Assembly: GCA_000182565.2 (NCBI GenBank)
Contig: KQ257451.1
Direction: 5' to 3' (one strand)
DNA length: 64,000 nucleotides
Origin: Spizellomyces punctatus DAOM BR117
Lineage: Eukaryota
Both the position numbers and the translations under genes were made by a program. This document shows, in pieces, positions 53,584-64,000 of the stretch (position 1 is its first letter; every line of letters starts with the position of its first letter). A model generated the notes under the pieces. It was given only the letters and a program-made list of their open reading frames with translations, did no database searches and was not told the DNA's origin.

Positions 53584-55075
53584 ATGGGGCTTTTAGACTT
53601 GGTACAGTGGGTGGTGCAGGGTACTGTGTACGTTGGCCTCACGGCAGTTACTGGAGGACTGTTCCTGCTTTACTTTTACCAAAACAACCTCATATGTATG
53701 TTGAACTTTGGGTGGACCAAGACTGCCTGCGTAAAGACATTGATGCTCACTGTGTTTGAATATGTAGACCCAGCGCATTTCCCACCGGGCTCACGCCAGA
53801 GCGTCTCCAAACCCGACGAATTTAACTTGAATGACTACGAGGATGTCACCATCACAACCCCTGACAATGTCAAAATTAAAGCTTTTCTCATTCGCCGACC
53901 GAAAGGTACAACTGAACAGGAGAACGAAACAGTGGACTTTGCGACCGCCTTAAGAGATGGAGTGCGTAAACGAGGGCCCGAGAAGCAAGACGCCGAGGAG
54001 TTGGCGGAGTATACATTAATTTATTGTCACGCTAATGCCGGCAATATGGTAATGGTGATGGTCGTCTATACTTTCTGTGAAATGGATACTCATTGTGGTT
54101 GTGGTAGGGCCATCGTCTTCCCATTGCCAAGGTCTTCCATTCGCGATGCAACGCAAATGTTGTCATGTTTTCTTATAGAGGGTGAGTTCTGGCGACGTGT
54201 ACGCTTTTATGCTTGGTTTAAATGAAGATATTCTTGCTTACACTCCTTTATAGATATGGACAAAGTGAAGGTTCGCCGTCTGAAGCGGGGCTTAAGATTG
54301 ACGCACAGGTGATCGTAAGCTCTTGATCATCCCGAAAGATCCCACCTGACATATTTTGATTGTTTGCAGGCTACTTTAGACTGGGTGCTTGCTCACCCGC
54401 AATTAAGAAATACAAAGATCGTTGTATATGGACAGTCTCTTGGTGGTGCAGTTGCAATCCACCTGGCCTCCACGAACGAGGACAAGATTGCCGGTTTGAT
54501 CGTTGAGAATACCTTTTTGAGCCTGGTACATATGTCAGATTTCCTGCTTTCGAAAAGAGCTGCCGTCTTACAATAATCTATTGTAGCCCAAAGTTGTTCC
54601 CCACATTCTGCCGTATCTTAAATACTTGACCTTCCTATGCACCCAGGTGTGGGATTCTGAGACTACCATCCAGCGCATCCCCCGTCTCCCGATTCTTCTT
54701 CTCAGCGGTGGCAAGGACGAGCTCATTCCGCCCAGTCAAATGGCTGGTTTGTGTTACGCTGCACGATCCGCACGCGGCAAAACAAAAGCTCCCAGTACCA
54801 GTACAGTCAAGCGCGACGAACACGGCATTCGATTCATCGTTTTCCCCAACGGAACACATAACGAGACCTGCGTTCAACGTGGATACTTTGATGAAGTGCT
54901 GGCTTTCTGGAGGGAGTGTATTGTTGGGGATGGCAGTCAATCGAAGAGTGGTGAAACGCTGGTTCCGAAGGATGTATCCAATGTTGATGGAGTTCTCGAG
55001 GCATACAAGACTATAGAGAAGGGCGGGGAGGGATCGAGGCTGGTGACGGGTGGGCTGGGTGTCCCCCGAATGTGA
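53584..55075 (+). CDS. BEM46: Bem46/ABHD13 alpha/beta-hydrolase with an N-terminal TM helix; multi-exon
   Basis: LYFYQNNLI-YP, CHANAGNMGHRLP, SYRGYG, nucleophile motif GQSLGG, IVENTFLS, SGGKDELIPP, GTHN. Confidence 0.92.
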
Positions 55076-55234
55076 CAGGGATCAGCGAGCGACTGCGGCA
55101 ATATATTTTTTGTCATGATCATAGATTACATGATACATTTCTGGCTGGCCATTACTACACGCGTATATCAATTTTCACAAATGTATTGACCACGATAAAC
55201 CACCGCAGTAATATAATACTGATATCTGACCAGC

Positions 55235-56986
55235 CTATTCTTCGCGACCGTGAATTTCAATCTCCTCACCAGCCTCCTCCTTGCTCTTGATCATATCTTC
55301 TAAAAATGCAAACACGGCTTCTTTTGCGGTGACAGTTGTGTAGGCGTGCTCAGTATGTCCTATGGGTCGGCGCAAAAGGCACCATCAGCCATTTTCTACA
55401 CATGGCCGTCCCGCCATCTACTCATGGTCCGCACCCTACCTGCAGCGCGACACGGGCATCCACACTTGCTCGTTATCCCGCGAGTGATTAATGTGTTTAC
55501 TGGGAGCGGTGAGGGAACCCAGTTTGTGGCTTTCTGCATCCATTCGGTAGCAAATTTGCTATCCATCCCTGTGTCTTTTGCTTTCCCCCGGAACCCGTAT
55601 GCACCCACCTTTGCGAACCACCTCCGCACTCTTTGCCAAGTAATTACTGTTGCATCGTGCAGAGAATCTGTTAATGCGATGCCTTTGACTCTTGCCATAG
55701 TTTCATCCGCTGCCAATATAGTTTGAATAATGAAGGCGTCAGCGTCCTTTGAATGTTGCCAATAGCATATTTGGAACTTACGCCGCTCTTTGAATAGATT
55801 GAAGACCGCAATCCCTCCGGCGCTGTGTGCTACAAAGACGATCGGCTTGTTGACTTTTCTGTTTCGTGCATGTTACCAACGTGACATTGACAAGCAGTAG
55901 GAGCTTTGACATACTTGAGGATACTGTCCCAGACGTAGAGGAGATGGTTTGAAGGAGTCTCATTTCCTGTTAAGAAAGAAAGTTAAGGTGTTGTGAACGA
56001 TCACAATGCCAATGCAAAGAGCCGCGCATACCTCGGATCCATTTCTTCATAACCACGCAAAATAAGAAAGTACAAGCACATCATACATGGAACTGGCTTA
56101 CTTAAAAGACATACCAGGATCCCACTCAGCCTTCCAGTGTTCTCATTTGGATTCGTCAGAAGAACGTCGTATCCTTCCTCATTTGCCTGCTTCAGGTACT
56201 CGAGCATGGCCCCGATCTGAGATGATATCAGTCTTATTATCTGACAGCGCTGTGAGAGGAAGCACTCACATTGATGTTATCGTTGATAATAATGCGACGG
56301 GCCCATTGACCAATGCTAGTTGTGCCGTAGTTAGATGGGGGCGAGTAACTTAGATTTGGCACGGAACTCACGAAACGCCGCTGAACAGAATACCGGTTAG
56401 TTTATCAGTCGAATGTGGAATAACAAGTCGCATACATGCCTCCCCGGAACAAGAACAAGCAATGGTTTCGTGCTCGTCAATGCATCTTTGCTAATCGTAA
56501 ATCCCCCATTAGCTTCAAGTCAACAACGCTCGGCGTAATTTACAAAACAGACCTCATAAAAATCTTACTTTTCGCCTCATTCTCACGATCATCAACAGGA
56601 ATTTGCATCCGCAAAAGTCCAACGTCTCTCTCTAAACGGTCTTCAATGTGCTTATCGATTACCGCTGCTTCAAGTGTTAGTAACTTGAAGTTTCGAGTTT
56701 TTGGAGAAGCTTACCTCCCAAACTTTCATAGTGGGCTTCGTTGTAGTCTTTATCTGTTGGATGAACATTGAACTTAAAGCGCTCGTCTGGTACCTCACGA
56801 TCAAGGTTAGAATGATGGGAGAGGACAGGTTGCAGGCGTGGCCTAACCCGAGTCGATTTTTCGCAACTCTCCCAGGGTGTTGAAATGATATCCGAATTCA
56901 GGCAGAGTGAAAGGGAACCTGAACTTGCGATCTGACTTGGATGAGGAGCTTAATGTTGATGAGCTAGAGGATGTGTTGGATGTCAT
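55235..56986 (-). CDS. FAM172A: FAM172A/Arb2-domain alpha/beta-hydrolase-fold protein; multi-exon
   Basis: FGYHFNTLGELR, GQWARRIIIN, A...GYDVLLTNPN, IAHSAGG, IALTDSLH, NWVPSPLPVNT, GHTEH. Confidence 0.85.
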
Positions 56987-57236
56987 GGTGGTTGAAAATT
57001 ATTGTTCGAAGAAGGGAGAAAAGAGGGCAGGACTACAGTTTACGTGGTGTAAGCGATCTGCTGTGCCACCTACGTGACGGTGACACATCACTAACGAACA
57101 GTCATGTTTTAGAGATGAGATATTCAATGAAAAAGGATTACGATGCAGCAATCTCCTTACAAAAAAAGCAAATAACTATTTACATGGATTGCTGCTAGTG
57201 CCAACCCATCCATTACACATTAATTTGCCGACTATA

Positions 57237-59176
57237 TTATTCAGCAGCAGGTTCCTCGATCTCGATATTCTGGAGGACTGGGATGATATCTTCCCAAACT
57301 CTTAACCCCTTATATGAAAGGACAGTTGGCAAAGGACCCCTTGAACCTCACGCAAGCATAGTATTCTCACCTTTTGGAAATATTCCATTTGGCTCTCAGT
57401 ATAGTCGCGCAAAATGTCTTTAAAATCCGCGACTTTGACAGATTGGAAGAGTTCCAGTTCCTTTGCTACCTCGTTCGAAAATGCTGTAGATATATCGTGA
57501 CTCTGCTCTACAGCTTCGGTTAGCTAGAACCGAGAGCCAAACCAAATTAATAACAGTCCTCTATTTCCGAGAAGATACATCGCATACCTCTGCAATTTTC
57601 GCCTCGAGTCTCGCCAGTTTGGCCTGTCTCGCCTGCTCGTGATTGATATTTCTAAAATCATTATATTTTTCTTTTATAAATGACGTTATTCCTCCGCTGC
57701 CGCGCCCCGACATGGTTCGCTCTCGATCGGAAACGCTATTTTCTAGGTAGGTTTGGAGTTCTTCATGATCCACCTGCTTTTGGTCCCTCAATTTCAGGAC
57801 TTCCTACATGATGTGAAGGGATTGGATTGTGATCAGATGTTATGGAGAAAGAGCTGCAATCGGACCACGTATTGATCTACCTTTACGGAATGACAGTACG
57901 CAATGTACTCCCTAAGACTTCCAACAAAGTCTACCTCTTCCCTTTGAGACTGCACGTACAATGTGAGGAACTGGCACATTTGGAAAACACATTATCCTAG
58001 AACGGGCGTCCTCACCTTATCTTTCAACAGGGTACATATCTCCCGCACAGTATTTCCGAACTCCGTTAGCGGCCCCGTTACTTGGGTCTCCATGACTCCA
58101 AGCGTTGTTATACATCCTTCGAACTCTGCTGTATCCCGTTCCAGGTCTACGGAACCAGTAGACGAATCAGCCACGCGCACGTCTCTCGAACTTGAAGACC
58201 ATGAATTTACCAGCGTGCTGCTTGAGCAGCTTGGTGTGAAGCTTCTCGACTGTGGTGAGGTTCTCTTCAAATTTTTCGACATTCTCCTTGAACTCTAGGA
58301 ACTGTTGATCGGGCTTTCGGACTTTGGCAAATGCGTTCAAAAACACATCGCTGATATTCTCGAGGACGTGGCTATCACGATTTCGCGAGGCTGCTTCTAC
58401 AATTTGCTGAACGCCGTGGGATATCATTAATTGACATGACTATCGGGTAGTGGGAAGAGGATAAACGGCATTCCTACCAAATCACCAGTATCCAGAAACT
58501 TCTTCAGTACCGCACTTCGCTGTAATGTGGGATGCCTTGATACTCGATCAAGATATGTTTGCAAAGACAGCCGTCGCTTCTCTATGAACTCGGGGCTAAA
58601 GCGATCACCTGTTATGTACTCTGACAACGGCCACAATCGGTTACTGCATAGTTTGCTGAAATCTGTCCAGGACGCGTCACCTACCCATTCGATGTTTGCC
58701 CGGGAGTGGTGGAACAATACAGGCGGGATATTCCTCCCCTAAACTGCGGTGCAGCCATACGAAGTCCTGGAAACGTCTTCGGGTTGACATTTCCGGCCGT
58801 GGATATGTATCCAAGATCGTCTATAAGACCCATCATTTGAATAACTAGAACTCTGATAACTCATTCGCTAAACTCGACGTACTCTCGTATTAACTGCATA
58901 TGTAACAAACGCTCCTGAACCTTCGCCATGCTTTTGTGGGTCCGTCACAGTTATTTTGAGCGCATCCGTAGCATTTAGAGCAAATGTTGTGAGCGTTGGT
59001 GATATGCTGGATCGGACTGGAGAGGTGGAGCTTGAAGCCTGAGAAAAGTGGGACTGAAAGCGTTTGAACACGGCGGACAGTGGTGTTTTCACCCTGCGTT
59101 GAGAGAAAGATACCTTGGTTTCTCCAGTTTCCCAGGGAACATCGCTGTAATCTTCCCCCATGTAGACCTCCTCCAT
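57237..59176 (-). CDS. SNX4: Sorting nexin-4 / Atg24 (PX-BAR); multi-exon
   Basis: PX domain ITVTDPQKHGEG...FVTY, RRRFQDFVWLH, IVPPLPGKH, EYITGDRFSPEFIEKRR...LDRVSRHPTLQ; BAR region SDVFLNAFAKVRKPD, LKLRDQKQVDHEEL. Confidence 0.93.
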
Positions 59177-59375
59177 TTTGAGCACGAAACTAGATTGAAT
59201 GTGCTATTAGTATCCGCAATCACAGGATTGCGTCGGCGATGTGTTGGTTGGCAGATGGTTTAGGGGCCAATCCGCACTGGAGCTGCTGACTCACTGCGTG
59301 CTTGGCAGGCTTTGCCATGTATGATGGGCACAGTCATGAATGAGCGCGGTCTAATTACGTGAGCAGGAACACTCG

Positions 59376-61206
59376 CTACATTCTATCAACGCCTTTGACT
59401 CCTAGCAGTGATAATCCCCAGCTAATCACAGTTTGTATAGCTCTTACAAGCTCTGCCCTTGCCTCTTTCACCTCATTCGACTGGCCTTTAACCCGTATTC
59501 CACTTAAGCAGCTGCCAACCTCCCGAGACAACTCTACGAGATATGTAACCAGAACCGAGGGATCATGTGTGTTTAGGGTCGTGAAAAGGACGTGTGGGTA
59601 TCTAGAAAGTTTTGAAACAAGAGCCAGGGGGATGGGTGTGCTCAAAAGCGGTGTGATATCCACTTCGGGATTTGGGGGCGGAGCGTGGCATAGAACGGAA
59701 GCTAGCCGAGCGTGGGTGTATTGGATGTATACACCAATATCCGATTCATTGGAGACGATGCGGGACCAGTTGTAGGAGAAGTTTTTCGTTCGACGTGGTT
59801 GGTACGTTTGGAATAGCAAAGCTGTTAGACCGATCATGTCAGGCGCGTTATTTTGGGTGACCAATTCGTTTTCTACATGTTCACCAATGCTTGACTCCTT
59901 TTCCCGCATGATGTCTTCCATGTACATCTTGGCGCAATTCAAATACGGTTCTGGTGATAGTACCGGCTCGGAGGTTCTCATGTCCATGTCGTAGATCTTT
60001 CCAAAGGGCGCATCGATCAAATCATGGATCCCACTCTCTACTAATTCCACCAGCTTCCTGCTTTGTTGAAAGGAATACTGACGTCCAATTTCAGCAACTA
60101 CATACGTTTTCGAGACGTGACATTCTCCTCTTTCCATCGAAATTACTGCATCCACCAGTACTTGTGTTGGTACACCATCGCCAGTCATCAACAGTGCCGT
60201 TCCCAGTTGCCAATCCCTCAAATCCACAATTTGTTCCCCTGCGTTTCTGCCAGGTTTTAGTAATCCGGCCTCCTGAAGGAACGTAAGAAATCTGTCCACT
60301 CGATCTTTACATATAAGCTCGTCGGTCTCCAATTGGCCGGAGATACCCATGCGCTCGAGGACCGGAGCAAAACTATCCCTCCAAGCTTCCCAAGCTCGGC
60401 TCCACATTTCCACGATCGCAGGAATGCCGCAGTAAAGATCGTAGAGTAGTTTTTTTGAACGCAGCAAAAGGGTTGGATTCGTAGTGATATCTTCAAGAGT
60501 GCGTTCAAAGTTTTTATGAAGTACAAGTGGTGTATAGGGGCCGTCTTCGAAGCCATTACGTTGACAGGCAAGAAGAAGAATCTCTATACATAGGAGACTG
60601 TTACCGATGCTTCCCACATCTCCTCATACATTCGGCAGGATTCTCACCGGTGTGTTTATTCCAAATCCCAATTTTGCAGCGGAGTTTACCATTTTGCGAA
60701 CGGAGCTTGCAGCATCTCTCTACAAACGCGGCAACCGCAAGGGATCTCCAATACCGCGAACTAAACACTTGGCCAATGTTTGGAAAGTCAAACTCGATTA
60801 CAACTTCCTCTTCTCTCTCCACAATGGCGGAATGGTTACGGGATTTTTCCGGTCGTGAAAGTTCGCCGCTTCTGACTGCACCCAAAATGCTGGAGATGAA
60901 CAACCGAGAGTCGACATGAAAGCTCAGATGGTCGCTGGTCGCGGTTACAGCCCGAACATGACTTGTGGGCACCCATCTTGAAGCAATAGAGGCTGCGAGA
61001 GCTGCTGGGGTGAGGTTGGAGTGACTACACTTGGTCTCTGGGTCTTGCCGATACAGAGAGATCAGCTTGGCTACAGGAAGGGTGAACTGTCCTGGTTCTT
61101 TGAATGGACGCCGGTTTCGCTCTATGAAAGGTAGGATGGAGGTGGGGGGGAGTGATACTATTGGAGCGAGCTCGGTAGCAATATGCAGCTGAAAGAGTTC
61201 CCCCAT
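59376..61206 (-). CDS. Arginyl-tRNA synthetase-like protein with degenerate catalytic motifs and a retained DALR domain; 2 exons
   Basis: Colinear with ArgRS: N-terminal Add1-like region, VVIEFDFPNI, YVVA, FSYNW, GVYIQYTHARLASV, LVTYLVELS, ARAEL...GLSLLGV...RM. One intron (about 60649-60584) joins the two ORFs. Confidence 0.85.
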
Positions 61207-61422
61207 GTTCAGCGCAAGCAACGGGTATAGCGAGGAGTTGAAAACTCGAGAGATTCCTATGACTGTGCCATATGCGAGAACGCGTACGGACACAGGTACG
61301 GACACGAGCGTACGAGCTTTCTTCCGACAAGCATCTTTCACATTACATTGCCCATCGCTGCGCGTTCTTGTCCAGTTCCGACAGAGTAGACTGTTGTGAG
61401 AACATAGCGGATCTCAGTATAA

Positions 61423-64000
61423 ATGCGGCTGGGAAGTACGAAAGATGAAAACCCGCCACGGCGCTTGTTCATCGGAGATGTTAAGTCCGGGGCGATATGG
61501 AAGACCTTCGAATGGAGGAAGGCGGTGGGGGGACATGTGAAGTCTGGGTTAGTAGTTCTACTTGGACATGTTGATTAGCGACGGGCGCATAGCTTGGTCT
61601 CCCATCATCTGAACGATAGTAGTAGTTAACGCATACCGTTTCTAGCTCCCTGCTTCGCATTCAGAATGCAGGCCAAGCACATCACACAGCATCGAGAAGT
61701 ACTCGCACCAACCACCGTACTGTGCCGTTTACTTGCGTCGGCTTTAGCAAGGAAATGACGGATAGTAGTCCATCCCAGCAACACCAGGGTTCGCTTACAT
61801 TTGTTATGGGTGCTGTGGATCAGAGGGGTTATGTTTGGGTCTTCGAGTTTTCCAAAAATAAGTTTGTATTGATGGTTGGCAATCCTTATGTCCCTTCAAA
61901 TGAACTTAATGATCAACCTACCGCAGATTTTGGCTTATTGCGAGAACTGGCGTTTCCGGGACGTGTATGGCATTCAATTCTGTGCGAAGACGTGAATTAA
62001 TCATTGGCTTGTCCGACAATTCTTTGCATTGTTACAATATTGGTGCGTTTTTCCAAATACGCGTGGTATGGACTCGCACTAACGAGCGGTCGTACAGATA
62101 CATGTCAGCTTATCGCAAAGCTCCCAGCTTATCACAACTGTGCACCCCATCAAATGGCCGTTCATCCCACCCGACCGCTCGCAATATCAACCTCGCGCAC
62201 GGAAGGAATTCTATGGGATACAGAATTGTGGGAGCGTAAACGACTATTGGTCGGTGCGCAATCCGGTGTACGCCAGGTAAATCAATTGTAGACAGGCAGG
62301 AAATACTCTCAGCCAGCTAAATAACTCCGGCAGGCTGTCTTCTCGGCCGATGGATCTACAATTATATCTGCATTTGCAGACGGAAGTATACTTCTGTGGA
62401 ACGTAGATACATTTAATCTCAATTGGAAGATATCACTGGAGCGTTTCGGTGGGGCCCCGCTGATTCCTTATGAGGAACATGACACAGGATTTGGAAGGTC
62501 TTCTATGGCTGCGTCCCGCAATGGCGAGATTTTGGTTGAGGCTGGAGGGTGAGTTTTGTTGGTATTAAATTTTCGCAGTTAATATAGGCAGCCCTGTCTA
62601 AGTATTTGCCCTTCCGCCTTCAGGTCGTCCACAGTCTTCGTATGGAATCTGGCCGAAAAAAGGCTGATGCATGAAATTCTCGTTCCTACCTTCGAAGGCA
62701 AGAGAATTGTACAAGTGGATTTCCTTGGAGATAGCAATGTAAGGTGATCCTACTTCTGGACATGCGATATCTATTGACGTTTTCTGTCCACAGATTGTCG
62801 CGCTACTATCAGACGGGGGTGACCTGCTGTTCATTGATGCAGCGGAGGCCAGGTTCGTGGGGAAGTTGGAAGGGAAACGGAAGGTTCGCAAACGTTGCAA
62901 GTTTTCCTTGCAGTTGTGATGGTCAGGCTCATTGGAATCTCTTTACCGCAGTTTATATCATTCGCAGCCTCGCCAAACGGCCGGCTGCTTGCTACAGTCT
63001 TCTTGGATTCGACATCTACAATTGGGCTGGTGCGAGTGGATAAGCTTTTGGAACCTCAGGTAAGACTCGCTCTACTTATGTATCCCATAAACCTAAGGAT
63101 GCAAACCAATTCTCAGAAGTGCGAAGGCGTTGGAGATATGGCTGAGCAAGAGGAGGCCGTACGTGTATACAACTTCCTTCTTTGAACTCCACTTTTGCTC
63201 TGCCTGACCGATAATGTGGTCTTCATCAGTCATTCGAGATGCTCGAGGAAACCAAACGTACGTAGCTGGCCCAACACAACAGAGGTTTGGTTGATGAAAA
63301 TGTCTCTGACTGGAAAACTCAGAGTCAGAAGCAGATGAAGGTTTGCGAACAACGGTAGCTGTTGCTCCCGACCAGGCAAAAACGCTCTACGAGCTTGTTG
63401 ATATGGGCGTAAGTGACACCACCATTCAGCAACTTGTGGCGCAAGAGTTAAGGTGCAATTAAAACACAGCCAGAAGCCAAAACCCTTAGTCGATCAAAGT
63501 TGAAGACGTTCTTATCCTACTACGGAAGTTACCCGGACAAATACAGGTCGGTTGTATATCATGCATATGCGAAGGCACCTGGTCTCAACGGCGATGGATA
63601 TAGAACTTTGATATGGCGCTTCCTTCTACACTTGCCTGAGAACCGGAACAGCTACGAGTCCCTATTAGAACAAGGCACGCACCCCTCTGTCAAAGATTTC
63701 CGAAAACATTTCCCACTGAAAAGTGGGAGAAGTCTAAAGAGTATGGAACGGTGTGTCTTGTCATTTACGGGCATTGAGCTTTGAACCGGGCCATGTATGT
63801 TTAAACTCCTTCCTCTCAAGAGTTCTGTCCGCTCTTGCCTATTGGTCTCCAATATTTGAAAGCTTGGATTACCTTCCGTCGTTGGTCTTCCCCTTTGTCA
63901 AAATCTTTCTAAGAGATATGTTTGCTGGATTTGAGGTTGTCATGACAGTGTTGGGTAAGGTATTCGAGCAAATTTGTTATACTGATGGCAGTCTCCGATA
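61423..64000 (+). CDS. TBC1D31: TBC1D31/WDR67 (WD40 plus TBC domain) centrosome/cilium protein, 5' portion; runs off the window
   Basis: N-terminal GDVKSGAIWK, WD40 exons (ILWDTELWERKRLL, FADGSILLWN), then FLSYYGSYPDKYRTLIWRFLLHLPEN...GTHP...LAYWSPIF...YLPSLVFPFVK, characteristic of the TBC1D31 TBC domain. Confidence 0.88.

Noticed and set aside
60560-60660. Apparent frameshift or pseudogene break between ORFs 60601-61341 and 59376-60617
   Set aside because: A canonical GTGAGA...TATAG intron restores the frame (WNKHT-E-ILLLAC).

Overview
Gene-dense, intron-rich eukaryotic (fungal) DNA with short GT-AG introns and about 29 protein-coding genes that I could splice by eye. A centriole/cilium gene (TBC1D31/WDR67), a full-length DEK and a WC-2-like PAS-GATA factor point to a flagellated early-diverging fungus, probably a chytrid; that assignment is inference. 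Recognisable genes: ATG11 (3' part), DEK, KGD4/MRPS36, a PPR protein, capping protein beta, exportin-5/MSN5, WC-2-like, ERG1, an SDR, an ING-PHD protein, a LigB/DODA dioxygenase, a paraoxonase-like lactonase, an aromatic-acid-exporter-family transporter, a CCCH protein, an Shr3-like protein, Yippee, an adenylate kinase, caleosin, BEM46/ABHD13, FAM172A/Arb2, SNX4 and TBC1D31. I found no rRNA, tRNA, CRISPR array or recognisable transposon. Best leads: (1) a full-length arginyl-tRNA-synthetase paralogue that has lost its HIGH and KMSKS-type catalytic motifs but kept the anticodon-binding end (pseudo-synthetase, DALRD3-like); (2) a 7-exon orphan 7TM GPCR-like gene that the ORF track does not show; (3) a dioxygenase-lactonase-aromatic acid exporter trio; (4) a DEK protein with an inserted HMG box. 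Exon boundaries and family calls were made by eye, without database searches.
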